Made by a program: the position numbers and the translations under genes. DNA of 57,093 bases, taken from Actinomycetota bacterium. Lineage in GTDB: Bacteria; Actinomycetota; Acidimicrobiia; Acidimicrobiales; Microtrichaceae. A model generated the notes under the pieces. The model searched no databases. It was not told where the DNA came from and saw nothing but the letters and a program-made list of their open reading frames with translations. Numbering within the stretch: position 1 is the stretch's first letter; each line of letters begins with the position of its first letter. Below, in pieces: positions 1 through 8,742 of the stretch. The stretch is from positions 1 to 57,093 of the forward strand of contig CAUJEC010000055.1 in the NCBI GenBank assembly GCA_963169245.1, given 5' to 3'.

Positions 1-431
1 GCAACGTCGTGCTGGTTCCGGGTGCGCGAGATGACGCCGACAAATACGGGCGGTTGCTGCGATATGTCGAAGTGGAAGGCGTTGATCTCAATCTGGAGAT
101 GATTCGCTCAGGCCGGGCAATTGCGAGGTATGACTCTCGTGATGGTTATGGGCGCCACGCACGGCAGGACGACTACATCGCGGCCGATGCAGCGAGTCCG
201 AGTACGAATTTCTGTGCCCAGGCACCGGCCACGACAGCAGCGCCTGGCCCAGCTCCGGCCCCACTCGCCAGTCCGACACCTGCTGCCCCGGCAGCCGGAG
301 GTGGGACAGATCCTCGATTCGGCACATGCAAGGAGGCCAAGGCCAACGGCTTCGGGCCGTACATCCAGGGTGTGAATCCGGAGTACGGCTGGTATCGGGA
401 CGGCGACAAAGACGGAACCGTGTGCGAGTAG
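1..431 (+). CDS. secreted thermonuclease (SNase-like), C-terminal part fused to an Excalibur calcium-binding domain; 5' end lies outside the window
   Basis: The frame is open to the window edge. It has an SNase-like core (YGRLLRYVE...NLEMIRSGRAIA), an Ala/Pro linker and a C-terminal Excalibur-like motif (FGTCKEAKANGFGPY...YRDGDKDGTVCE). Confidence 0.75.
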   Translation, partial: NVVLVPGARDDADKYGRLLRYVEVEGVDLNLEMIRSGRAIARYDSRDGYGRHARQDDYIAADAASPSTNFCAQAPATTAAPGPAPAPLASPTPAAPAAGGGTDPRFGTCKEAKANGFGPYIQGVNPEYGWYRDGDKDGTVCE

Positions 432-535
432 GTTCCCGTTTGGCGCTGAGCGCAGACATTGATGTTGCTGAGCACGGGAGATGACTGGGACATTTGCCAC
501 TAGCCCGTCCCTATGCACATGAATAGGGTTCAGGG

Positions 536-2068
536 ATGGCAGCAGTTGCGCGCGGGGGCAGGGCTTCGCGAATCGTCTCATTCTCACTGGCGACTCTGGC
601 GATGGTCTCATTCGTTGCGTCGTGCGCATCTCCACCGGAGTTGGTGACATTCCCGACGGTCGAAGAGTCGGTCGTTCAGCCAGCGGCCCCTGACACAGTC
701 GGCCCGCTACGAATGAGGGGAGCAGATCTTGTTGACGCAACGGGACGCGTCGTGCTCATCCACGGAATGAACTCGGTCCGCAAGGAAGCTCCTTTCTACC
801 CCAACGGTGACAACGGCTGGCTGAGTGACTTAGACCTTGAGTACCTCCGCAACGGCGGGTTCAACGGAATCCGCCTGGGTGTCAGCTACGCGGCGCTCAT
901 GCCAGACCCCGGTTTCGTCGATCAGGACTATCTCGACCGAGTGGTTGAGGTCATCGACAAGCTCTCCGCTGAGGGAATGTGGGTCCAACTCGACATGCAT
1001 CAGGATGTCTTCCATCTGATGCCGGACTGGGCCACTCCGTCTGATGCGGTAGACCTTTCCGACGAGATCCCCCCGCTCGTTAGCTTCGTTGGTTGGGCGG
1101 GCCGATACATGAGTGACAAGTCGGTGCGACAGTGGAACTCATTCCTCGAAGGGGAACCCATCATTGACGGGCGAAGTGTCGCCTCGGTTCTAGGTGACGC
1201 CGCAGCGGCCCTTGCGTCTGCTGCCGCTGATCGTCCGAACGTGATCGGACTGGAACTCCTCAATGAACCCGTTGCAGGTGATTCCATCATCAGGTGTATT
1301 GCAGAAGGTTGTGCAGATCGGGACAGGCTTCTCTCTGACCGCTACGCCGAAATGATCGCGCCGATCCGGGTAGCTGCGCCTGAGATGGCCGTATGGATCG
1401 AACCCTTCGCTCCGACCGCCTATGCGAGTGGTCCAGAGATGCCGATGCCCGAGGCGACTCCGACTTCCAACGGTGCCCAGATCGGTCTGGCATGGCACCT
1501 GTACTGCAAGGACACCGACGGCGGTAAGCCCGTCCAGTCGGATGCTCTGATCGCATCGATGTGCGCCAACCGCATGGACAACGGTATGGCCGCCGCTCTC
1601 AACCAGGCCGCGCGGCTCGGTGCCGGGACCGGCCCTGCGGTTCCTCGCATGCTCAACGAGTTCGGTGCATCCAATGACCCACTAGACGTGACACTGGTCG
1701 GTCCCCGCGTCGACGCCGGATTCGTATCGTGGATGTACTACCACGCACCCCACGCAACGAGTCCGTTCGACTCGTCCATGCCAGACGTCGTGGAGTCACA
1801 GATCATTCGTGCGTACCCACAGGCCACCGCCGGAACTCCCGGGCAGCTTCGCTACGACCCCGCCAGTGGCGAGTTCTCATACAGCTACACCGCGGACCTG
1901 ACGATAACCGCACCAACATCGATCGTGATTCCATCGAGGGCCTACCCCAACGGATACACCGCGAGCGTCACAGGAGGAACCATCACGTCTGCTCCTCAGG
2001 CGGGTCGACTGACCGTTGAGCCCGACGCTGACGGCGGGACGGTCACGGTCAAGGTCTCAAGGGGCTAG
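536..2068 (+). CDS. glycoside hydrolase family 5 lipoprotein (endoglycoceramidase/cellulase-like)
   Basis: 510-aa ORF with a signal peptide and lipobox (FVASC). GH5-type acid/base motif LLNEP and nucleophile motif LNEFG are present. Confidence 0.8.
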   Translation: MAAVARGGRASRIVSFSLATLAMVSFVASCASPPELVTFPTVEESVVQPAAPDTVGPLRMRGADLVDATGRVVLIHGMNSVRKEAPFYPNGDNGWLSDLDLEYLRNGGFNGIRLGVSYAALMPDPGFVDQDYLDRVVEVIDKLSAEGMWVQLDMHQDVFHLMPDWATPSDAVDLSDEIPPLVSFVGWAGRYMSDKSVRQWNSFLEGEPIIDGRSVASVLGDAAAALASAAADRPNVIGLELLNEPVAGDSIIRCIAEGCADRDRLLSDRYAEMIAPIRVAAPEMAVWIEPFAPTAYASGPEMPMPEATPTSNGAQIGLAWHLYCKDTDGGKPVQSDALIASMCANRMDNGMAAALNQAARLGAGTGPAVPRMLNEFGASNDPLDVTLVGPRVDAGFVSWMYYHAPHATSPFDSSMPDVVESQIIRAYPQATAGTPGQLRYDPASGEFSYSYTADLTITAPTSIVIPSRAYPNGYTASVTGGTITSAPQAGRLTVEPDADGGTVTVKVSRG

Positions 2069-2124
2069 AAAGCGCAAACCTCTGGGCCGATCGGTCCGCG
2101 GGGGTTCGATCGGTCCGCGGGATC

Positions 2125-2156
2125 GGGCGAACCTCTCGAACTCTCGCCCTTCTTCC
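2125..2156 (+). terminator. weak candidate terminator after the GH5 gene
   Basis: GGGCGA-N13-TCGCCC hairpin (2125-2149) followed by TTCTTCC. Confidence 0.3.
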
Positions 2157-2157
2157 G

Positions 2158-2283
2158 GCTAGTTGGTTGTTGTTATCGCGGAGGGGTCGCGACAAAAGCA
2201 ACCAACTAGCGGATGGGTCAAGTGGCGCGGGCTGGCGGCGGCGGATGGGTCAACTAGCGGATTGGTCAAGTGGCGCGGGCTGG
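2158..2283. repeat. structured repeat block: 12-bp perfect inverted repeat plus two copies of a ~33-bp direct repeat (48-bp period)
   Basis: GCTAGTTGGTTG (2158-2169) pairs with CAACCAACTAGC (2199-2210). CAACTAGCGGATGGGTCAAGTGGCGCGGGCTGG (2203-2235) recurs at 2251-2283 with 1 mismatch. Confidence 0.7.
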
Positions 2284-2396
2284 GCGATGCGGCGGCTGGT
2301 GGCGGCGGACTGCATGGGCACCCGCGTTGAGGTTCAAAAGCCCCGCTGATAGACACTGACCATGGAACAGGCTGCGTTCCCATGACAGAGGCGAAC

Positions 2397-2495
2397 ATGA
2401 CCGAGGTGATGGCGACCGAGGTGATGGCGACCAAGGTGATGGCGACCGAAGTGAAAGCGATCGTGCGAAGACCGGAACGCGAGCGAAGGCCGTGA
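2397..2495 (+). CDS. candidate 32-aa upstream ORF (MTEVMATEVMATKVMATEVKAIVRRPERERRP) overlapping the cysE start
   Basis: ATG at 2397 lies 6 nt after GAGG. The frame runs through a 15-bp x4 tandem repeat, and its TGA stop (2493-2495) overlaps the cysE GTG (2492-2494) as GTGA. Too short for the ORF track; no homology evidence. Confidence 0.3.
   Translation: MTEVMATEVMATKVMATEVKAIVRRPERERRP
2403..2462. repeat. 15-bp tandem repeat x4 (GAGGTGATGGCGACC, last copies degenerate)
   Basis: Direct reading gives copies at 2403-2417, 2418-2432, 2433-2447 and 2448-2462. Confidence 0.9.
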
Positions 2496-3121
2496 GGCGA
2501 GCTAACGAGCTCCTTGACCGGCTCCTGCCCGGCAGTGTCCGGGCTGCGTATCGCAAGGACCCCGCGCTTCGCGGATCGCATGTCGCTGAGGTCGTTCTCT
2601 ACCCCGGGCTGTGGGCGCTCTGGTCACACAGGCTCACAAGCCGCCTCTGGCGTGCCGGCCTTCCGTTTCTACCCCGACTCATCTCACAGGTTACCCGCGC
2701 GCTGACCGGCATCGAGATCCATCCGGGAGCAAGAATCGGCAGCAGGGTATTCATCGATCATGGAGCGGGGGTGGTGATCGGCGAGACCGCCGAGATCGGC
2801 GACGATGTCATGATGTACCACGGCGTCACCTTGGGCGGGCATGGATGGTGGGCTGACCGCAAGGGTTCGAAGCGTCATCCCACCATTGGTGCGAATGTCA
2901 CTCTCGGTGTCGGCGCTGCCGTGCTCGGCCCGGTGACGATCGGTGAGAATTCACGGATCGGTCCCTACGCCGTGGTGATCGACGACGTGCCGCCGAACTC
3001 GATCATTGTCTCCCCCAAGGGCCGACGCTTGGGAGAACGGGGGTCGTCAGAACAGACACCAGTGGACGACGGATTCGTTCAACCCGCCTGGTTGGAGGAT
3101 CACGAGATGGGCGGACTCTGA
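2492..3121 (+). CDS. cysE: serine O-acetyltransferase
   Basis: Hexapeptide-repeat core GIEIHPGARIGSRVFIDHGAGVVIGETAEIGDDVMMYHGVTLGG, with an N-terminal DPA...YPG motif at the expected distance from the GTG start. The next gene is cysK. Confidence 0.9.
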   Translation: MRRANELLDRLLPGSVRAAYRKDPALRGSHVAEVVLYPGLWALWSHRLTSRLWRAGLPFLPRLISQVTRALTGIEIHPGARIGSRVFIDHGAGVVIGETAEIGDDVMMYHGVTLGGHGWWADRKGSKRHPTIGANVTLGVGAAVLGPVTIGENSRIGPYAVVIDDVPPNSIIVSPKGRRLGERGSSEQTPVDDGFVQPAWLEDHEMGGL

Positions 3122-3273
3122 GAAGGCTGCTATCCGTGAGAAATCGTCCCAGATAGGCGCTGTCTCCGAGAAGGGTGATTCTGATAGAGAGGGTGTCAGA
3201 AAACTTGAAATGGGGCGAACTCCGAAGTTTTGACCACTAGCGTCTATAGCGATCTGAAGGTGAGGGCTCAGAT

Positions 3274-4194
3274 ATGCGAATCCACGAAAACGTATCCGGC
3301 CTCATAGGCCGAACTCCCCTTGTAGAACTCAACCGATTCGGCGCCGACCTCCACGCACGCCTGATCGCCAAGCTCGAGAGCGCCAATCCCGGAGGTAGCG
3401 TCAAGGATCGGATCGCGCTCTCGATGATCGAGGCCGCCGAGCGGTCCGGAGCGTTGAAGCCAGATGGCACGATCGTTGAGCCGACCAGTGGTAACACAGG
3501 GATCGGGTTGGCGATGGTCGCAGCGGCCAAGGGTTACGACGCTGTGTTCACGATGCCGTCCTCGATGAGTGTTGAACGGCGGAAGCTGCTTGCCGCGTAC
3601 GGAGCCAGACTGGAACTGACCGAGCCCGAGAAGGGCATGAATGGTGCCATCGAGCGGGCCCGGGAACTCAGCGCAGAGAACGGCTGGTTCATGCCTCAAC
3701 AGTTCGAGAACGAGGCGAATGTCGATGCTCACCGCAAGTCCACCGCGGAGGAGATCTGGACCGACACCGATGGTCTGGTGGCCGCCATCGTCTCGGGCGT
3801 CGGAACCGGTGGCACCATCACGGGTGTCGCTGAGGTCATCAAGGAGCGGATTCCACGCGTCCACGTCGTAGCTGTCGAGCCTGCTAAGTCGCCGGTCCTC
3901 TCAGGCGGAGCGCCTTCGCCGCATCCGATCCAAGGTCTGGGGGCGGGGTTCGTGCCAGCGATCCTCAATACCTCGATTTACGACGAGGTGATGACTGTCG
4001 ACGCGGTCGACGCGGCCGATGCGTCCCGGAGACTCGCTCGGAGCGAGGGGATTCTCGCAGGTATCTCAAGTGGCGCCGCGCTCGTTGCGGGCGAGCGGCT
4101 CGGGGCTAGGCCCGAGTTCAGGGACAAGCTGATCGTCGTGATCCTCCCAGATACGGGTGAGCGTTACTTGAGCACTGACCTGTTCGAGGAGTGA
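3274..4194 (+). CDS. cysK: cysteine synthase A (O-acetylserine sulfhydrylase)
   Basis: Has the PLP-lysine motif [17 protein letters not shown] and the [10 protein letters not shown] loop, at typical length (306 aa). Confidence 0.92.
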   Translation: MRIHENVSGLIGRTPLVELNRFGADLHARLIAKLESANPGGSVKDRIALSMIEAAERSGALKPDGTIVEPTSGNTGIGLAMVAAAKGYDAVFTMPSSMSVERRKLLAAYGARLELTEPEKGMNGAIERARELSAENGWFMPQQFENEANVDAHRKSTAEEIWTDTDGLVAAIVSGVGTGGTITGVAEVIKERIPRVHVVAVEPAKSPVLSGGAPSPHPIQGLGAGFVPAILNTSIYDEVMTVDAVDAADASRRLARSEGILAGISSGAALVAGERLGARPEFRDKLIVVILPDTGERYLSTDLFEE

Positions 4195-4299
4195 CGTAGG
4201 CCCAGCAGTCAGCTGAGCGCGCGGGCGGACGCGGGGGAGTCTCGGACTGCGATGACTCAGACCCTCTGACGCCTCAGATCCGTGATGACTCAACCCCTG

Positions 4300-4321
4300 C
4301 CACCGCTCAGACCCGCGGTGG
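4300..4321. terminator. short hairpin between the convergent cysK and LLM oxidoreductase genes
   Basis: CCACCGC-tcagacc-GCGGTGG. There is no clear U-tract. Confidence 0.3.
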
Positions 4322-4322
4322 C

Positions 4323-5192
4323 CTAGATGCCGGCTGTTGTCGCGATGACCCGTTCCCCGAACTCTCGCAGGGTCTCTGTTGTGTCGTTGAGGAACATGAA
4401 CGACGGAATCACCACTCGGCTCACACCCTGAGCGGCGAGTTCCTCGACCGCTCCGATGGGGTCATCGCCAAGCACGCCGGCGCTGCCCGACGTGATGACC
4501 AGGCTCTCCGGGTCACGGCCCGCGTCGGCGGCGCTCTGTCGGGCGATGTCGATGAGTTCTGACAGGTTTCCCTTGCCGGGGAAGAAGCCGTCCCCGAGTC
4601 TCCCTGCACGTTCGGCAGCACGCCGGGAATGGCCCCCAACGTGGATCGGTACCCGTCCGTTGGTGGGTTTCGGATTGACGCTTATCCCTTCGAAGGAGTT
4701 GAACCTGCCGTCGAACGACGCGTGGTTCGAGTCCCAGAGCGCTCGCATGACTTCGATGCTCTCATCGGTTCGAGCGCCCCTCGCATCGAAGGGAACGCCG
4801 AGCGCCCGGAACTCCTCCTCCAGCCATCCGACACCGACTCCGAGTTCCAAGCGCCCGCCGGAGAGGACATCGATGGTCGCAAGTTCCTTCGCGAGGATCA
4901 CCGGGTTTCGCTGGGGGAGGATGAGAATCCCGGTGCCCAGGTGGATTCTGGTCGTGACCGCCGCGACCCAGGTCAGCCAGATGAGTGGATCGGGTAGAGG
5001 TGTGGAGGCGTCCATGGCCATCTTGCCGCTCTTGTCATATGGGTACGCGCTCTCGTATCCGTCGGGGAAGACGACGTGTTCGACCGTCCACAGCGACTCG
5101 AAGCCCGCTGCCTCTGCGCCTTTGGCGAGTTCCTCTAGCCCCTCGCGCATGGCAAACGACATCGTGTTCGCGAACATGATTCCGAACTTCAC
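4323..5192 (-). CDS. LLM-class (luciferase-like) F420-dependent oxidoreductase
   Basis: 289 aa with a typical MKFG start, WTVEH...FP and LELGVGVGW segments, and luciferase-like TIM-barrel family features. Confidence 0.8.
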   Translation of the reverse strand: MKFGIMFANTMSFAMREGLEELAKGAEAAGFESLWTVEHVVFPDGYESAYPYDKSGKMAMDASTPLPDPLIWLTWVAAVTTRIHLGTGILILPQRNPVILAKELATIDVLSGGRLELGVGVGWLEEEFRALGVPFDARGARTDESIEVMRALWDSNHASFDGRFNSFEGISVNPKPTNGRVPIHVGGHSRRAAERAGRLGDGFFPGKGNLSELIDIARQSAADAGRDPESLVITSGSAGVLGDDPIGAVEELAAQGVSRVVIPSFMFLNDTTETLREFGERVIATTAGI

Positions 5193-5382
5193 TAGATCCC
5201 CCTTGGATGATTCTTGCCGTCACAGAATGTGGTGGCGGCCCGTGATTGGTGGAGTCGTGACTCTGGTGTCACTGTCCGGCTTCCGAGCGTAGGCCAGGGA
5301 GTCGCTCTTTGCGCGGGGCCGGACTGTCGCACGCCGAGGTCCGGCCTCAGGTCGCGTCCTGTCTCGGGTCCGACGTCTGGCG

Positions 5383-6117
5383 TCAGGTGGGCTCCGCCGT
5401 CGGTCTGAGAATCGGTGGCATGACGTAGGACGCGTCGCCGCGCCGATACAGCGAGGCGCGTCCGGGTGACCCGTCGAACTCGGCGATCAGGTAGCCGGGC
5501 GATGAGGTCAGTTTCCGAGCGAAGTTGGAATGGTGGAGCTTGACCCCCCAGACACTCTCGTAGACGCGTCGTAATTCCCCAAGGGTGAAAGGTTCCTCCA
5601 GGAACGACGCCGCGACGGTTGTGTACTCAAGCTTCGACCGACACCTGTCCACGCCGTCGAGGATGATCTGGGACTGCGATAGCGCCAACGAAGGACCGTC
5701 ATCCCACAGGTCATCGACAGCCCACCATCGGAACGCCTCGGCCATGCTCCCGGGCAGGGGATCCACCCCGACCGGCATGAATGAGATGTATGCGATTGTT
5801 GCGGAACGTGATCCACCGTCTGGCGCGCTGGATACGGCGGGTACATAGGTGCGCAGTTGTTCCACATGCCACGTCGAGTGTTGGAGCCCGGTCGCATCGA
5901 AGAGGAGTCGGTCTGCGGCCTCATCCACGTCCTCCGACTCGCCGATGGATCCACCTGGGAGGCCCCAAACGCCGCCTGGGTGACGGGCTTCATCCTTGGC
6001 GAGCAGCACAGTCAGTCCGCCGTGTCTGACGCTCAGGATGACCAGATCGACCGTCAGTGCAACCGAAGGCTCGTTCGCAAGCGAATTATCTGTGTCCATG
6101 TCCGGCGAGAGGCTCAT
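5383..6117 (-). CDS. nrtR: NrtR-type Nudix-related transcriptional regulator (Nudix domain plus C-terminal winged helix)
   Basis: The N-terminal Nudix fold has a degenerate Nudix box (GGSIGESEDVDEAADRLLFDATG, lacking REx2EE). The C-terminal segment FTLGELRRVYESVWGVKLHHSNFARKL is typical of NrtR. It lies directly downstream of pncB-pncA, 9 nt after the pncA stop. Confidence 0.75.
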   Translation of the reverse strand: MSLSPDMDTDNSLANEPSVALTVDLVILSVRHGGLTVLLAKDEARHPGGVWGLPGGSIGESEDVDEAADRLLFDATGLQHSTWHVEQLRTYVPAVSSAPDGGSRSATIAYISFMPVGVDPLPGSMAEAFRWWAVDDLWDDGPSLALSQSQIILDGVDRCRSKLEYTTVAASFLEEPFTLGELRRVYESVWGVKLHHSNFARKLTSSPGYLIAEFDGSPGRASLYRRGDASYVMPPILRPTAEPT

Positions 6118-6126
6118 GCCAAGCCC

Positions 6127-6735
6127 TCAGATGACCTCGATGCCAGCGTCACGCATCTCGGTGATGGCCGCAGCACCGGTCTGGGCGGCGACAGGTGCAG
6201 TCAGGTCGACCAGCACCCGAACCCTTCCACTGTTCGTCTGACCTCGCGCCCAGTCGAGTGCGTCCATCGCTGTTGCGCGCACGCAGTGATCGGTGGCCAG
6301 GCCCACCACGTCGACATCAACCACTCCGTGCTCGGAGAGGACATCAGAGAGTGCACGCGCAGCGGCAGTGGTTCCTTCGAATCCGCTGTAGGCAGCACTC
6401 AGTTGGCCTTTGAGCACCTCCATGATGTCTGGTCTCTCGGACATCATCGGAGCGAAATTCGGGTGGAACTCGGCTCCCTGGGTGCCGGCCATGCAGTGGA
6501 ATGGCCACGTGGTGCGGTAGTCGGGCTCGTCGCCATCGCTTGGGAAATGGTCGGTCGTCGCATCGCTGTGCCAATCCCGGGTGGCGACGATCAGGTCATA
6601 GTCAGAGCCGGGCTCGCGGATCAGCTCTGCGACTCGTTGGGCGACGTCGGCACCACCGCTCACCGCGAGGGATCCTCCTTCGCAGAAGTCGTTCTGAAGG
6701 TCCACGACAATCAGTGCGCGTGCTCGGTCAGTCAT
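6127..6735 (-). CDS. pncA: nicotinamidase/pyrazinamidase (isochorismatase family)
   Basis: Motifs LIVVDLQNDFC and GLATDHCV (catalytic Cys). I chose the internal ATG at 6735 (MTDRARALIVVD), which overlaps the pncB stop (6728-6730) by 8 nt. The longer ORF-track start at 6840 would lie inside pncB. Confidence 0.88.
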   Translation of the reverse strand: MTDRARALIVVDLQNDFCEGGSLAVSGGADVAQRVAELIREPGSDYDLIVATRDWHSDATTDHFPSDGDEPDYRTTWPFHCMAGTQGAEFHPNFAPMMSERPDIMEVLKGQLSAAYSGFEGTTAAARALSDVLSEHGVVDVDVVGLATDHCVRATAMDALDWARGQTNSGRVRVLVDLTAPVAAQTGAAAITEMRDAGIEVI

Positions 6736-8056
6736 CTGATGCTCCTTCTTGGAATTTCGCCACAACAAGGTCCGGGGCGTTCTCGGAATGGCGGAACCGC
6801 CCCACCACATTCGGCTCCACCACACTCGGCTCAGCCACACTCGGCTCAGTCACAACGTGGCCACTACGGATTCGGGTCGGTCGGATCTCGACGCCGTCGC
6901 CGACGACGACCTTTGTGCCATCCTCGGCGATGAGAACGGTCTTGGCGCCACCGACTGTCGCCTTGCCCGGAGTGGCAGAGTTCTTTGCCACGGGAATCAT
7001 CTGCCCGCGGGCATTCTCGATTTCGACGAGTTTGTAGATGAAGCCGAGCGGCTGGGCGGCGACGAGTTGGGTCCCGACCCCATAAGCGTCCACGGGCGCA
7101 CCGCTGTGGTGCAGGTGGGCAACCTTGACGATATCCAGGTCACCGGAGACCACGATCCTTGTCTGTTGGGCACCAAGTGAGTCGAGCAGGTCACGCGCAC
7201 GGCGTGCCTCGACCCCGAGGTCGCCGCTGTCGATCCGGATGGCGCCGGGCCCAGCGGATCCGAACTCCCGAGCGACCTCCACGGCGAGCCTGATGCCGCT
7301 CGGTATGTCGAAGGTGTCGACGAGCAGTGTCGTGCCCACTCCCAGCGCCTCGATCTGCGCTCTGAACGCTGCGGCCTCACCTTCGGGTCCTCCATGGGCG
7401 AGAGTCCACGCATGAGCGGCCGTTCCGCCGGTGGGTACGTCGTAGCGGAACCCGGCCTCCAGGTTGCTGGTGCTGTCGAAGCCCCCGATGATCGCGGCGT
7501 GTGCAGCGTCCACGGCATGTTCCTCATGGGTTCTGCGGCTGCCCATCTCTATGAGGGTCGCGTCCGCCCCGGCGGCGAGTCGGAACTGCATCGCCTTTGT
7601 TGCGATCGTCGCTTCGGAGTTGAGTATCGACAGGACGAGGGTCTCCAAGATGATGCTCTCGGCAAAGTCGCCCTTAACCGTGAGCACTGGAACGCCGGGG
7701 TGGATGGTGTCGCCATCGACGCTGATGATGACGTCACCGCCGAAGCGGTAGGTCTCCAACCAGTCGAGCGTTCGCCTGCTCAGGAAACCACGACCTTCGA
7801 GGTAGGCGATCTGGGGTTGGGTAAACGCGAACCTGGAGATGGCGTCGATGATCCGCTCGGAGCCGGCCATGAGGCCGAACTCGGGTATGGCGGTGAGGCC
7901 ATCGAACCCGTCGTGGCTGTTGGCTGGACTGCGGAAGTAGGCCTCGAACACAGCCCGTTTGGAAGCGGTCCCATCTTGGAGCGCCGCCTCGATCATCGTC
8001 AGTTCGTAGTGATCGGTAAGCAGGGCGACGGCCATGCCAAGAATGATAATACTCAT
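6728..8056 (-). CDS. pncB: nicotinate phosphoribosyltransferase
   Basis: LLTDHYELTM N-terminus, 442 aa. The start could instead be the ATG at 8035. Confidence 0.9.
   Translation of the reverse strand: MSIIILGMAVALLTDHYELTMIEAALQDGTASKRAVFEAYFRSPANSHDGFDGLTAIPEFGLMAGSERIIDAISRFAFTQPQIAYLEGRGFLSRRTLDWLETYRFGGDVIISVDGDTIHPGVPVLTVKGDFAESIILETLVLSILNSEATIATKAMQFRLAAGADATLIEMGSRRTHEEHAVDAAHAAIIGGFDSTSNLEAGFRYDVPTGGTAAHAWTLAHGGPEGEAAAFRAQIEALGVGTTLLVDTFDIPSGIRLAVEVAREFGSAGPGAIRIDSGDLGVEARRARDLLDSLGAQQTRIVVSGDLDIVKVAHLHHSGAPVDAYGVGTQLVAAQPLGFIYKLVEIENARGQMIPVAKNSATPGKATVGGAKTVLIAEDGTKVVVGDGVEIRPTRIRSGHVVTEPSVAEPSVVEPNVVGRFRHSENAPDLVVAKFQEGASDD
6803..6847. repeat. in-frame 15-bp tandem repeat x3 in the C-terminal tail of pncB (encodes EPSVAEPSVVEPNVV)
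   Basis: CACCACATTCGGCTC / CACCACACTCGGCTC / AGCCACACTCGGCTC, read directly. Confidence 0.8.
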
Positions 8057-8086
8057 CTTGAGTTAGTCAATAGCTCATTATGAGTA
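8050..8086. promoter_or_regulatory. AT-rich palindromic region at the pncB 5' end; candidate NrtR operator/promoter
   Basis: TACTCAT (8050-8056) and ATGAGTA (8080-8086) form an inverted repeat, with an internal palindrome CTCAT-T-ATGAG (8074-8084). It lies in the divergent pncB / LytR_C intergenic region. I could not compare it to a known NrtR motif. Confidence 0.3.
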
Positions 8087-8133
8087 ACAGCGGTCACTGA
8101 ACCCGTCTGTTGCAGCGCGGTAGGGTTCAGTAC

Positions 8134-8733
8134 ATGACTTCGACGCGCCGACCAGATAAATCGGTCCAGCAGCAGAGCAACAGTCGAGGCGATGTCGCAC
8201 CCTCGTCATACATGGGCTTTCTGCTGGTCGCGGTGGCCTTTGCGCTCGGTGCCATCCTTTTGGTCAAGGGTGGTGGCATCGGGTTCGACAACGACTCCAA
8301 GAACGTCTCGATCGGCAACAACGATAAGAGTGGCCCAACCGTCACAACCTCGTCGACCATCCCGACACCGGCGACATCGGTCCCGGCAAGCGAACTCAAG
8401 ATCGCTGTACTCAACGGCGCGGGCAAGAACGGCTTTGCGGGTCTCGGAGCCAACTTCCTGAGCGTTGCGGGCTACCCCGCCGTCACCTCCGGCAACTCCG
8501 CAACAGCGGTCCCCACGTCATCGGTGTACTTCGCCCCCGGCTTTGAGGAGGACGCCCGGGCGGTGGCCAAGGTCCTCAGTATCGGTGAGGTCAAGGCCCT
8601 GCCCACGACCCAACTTGGTCGGGCTGCGACTGACGTTCCAGAGGGGACTGCAGTCGTAGTGGTCCTGGGTCCCGACGTCGAACCGGTGATCAATGCGTCC
8701 AACACGACGACCACCGCCGCCCCGGGCGGTTGA
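8134..8733 (+). CDS. LytR C-terminal (LytR_C) domain membrane protein
   Basis: One N-terminal TM helix, a Ser/Thr/Pro linker and the segment IAVLNGAGKNGFAGLGANFLSVAGYP...VYFAPGFEEDARAVAKVL. The start may be the TTG at 8110. Confidence 0.7.
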   Translation: MTSTRRPDKSVQQQSNSRGDVAPSSYMGFLLVAVAFALGAILLVKGGGIGFDNDSKNVSIGNNDKSGPTVTTSSTIPTPATSVPASELKIAVLNGAGKNGFAGLGANFLSVAGYPAVTSGNSATAVPTSSVYFAPGFEEDARAVAKVLSIGEVKALPTTQLGRAATDVPEGTAVVVVLGPDVEPVINASNTTTTAAPGG

Positions 8734-8742
8734 GCGTTACCC

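Noticed and set aside
2290-3273. SAM or other sulfur-related riboswitch upstream of cysE or cysK
   Set aside because: I could not recognise conserved SAM-I/SAM-IV or other riboswitch cores by eye in either leader. A covariance-model scan would be needed to exclude them.
5857-6933. 358-aa plus-strand ORF covering nrtR and pncA
   Set aside because: It is antisense to two genes with clear family motifs. Its translation is Arg/Gly/His-rich and low-complexity, typical of spurious antisense ORFs in high-GC DNA.
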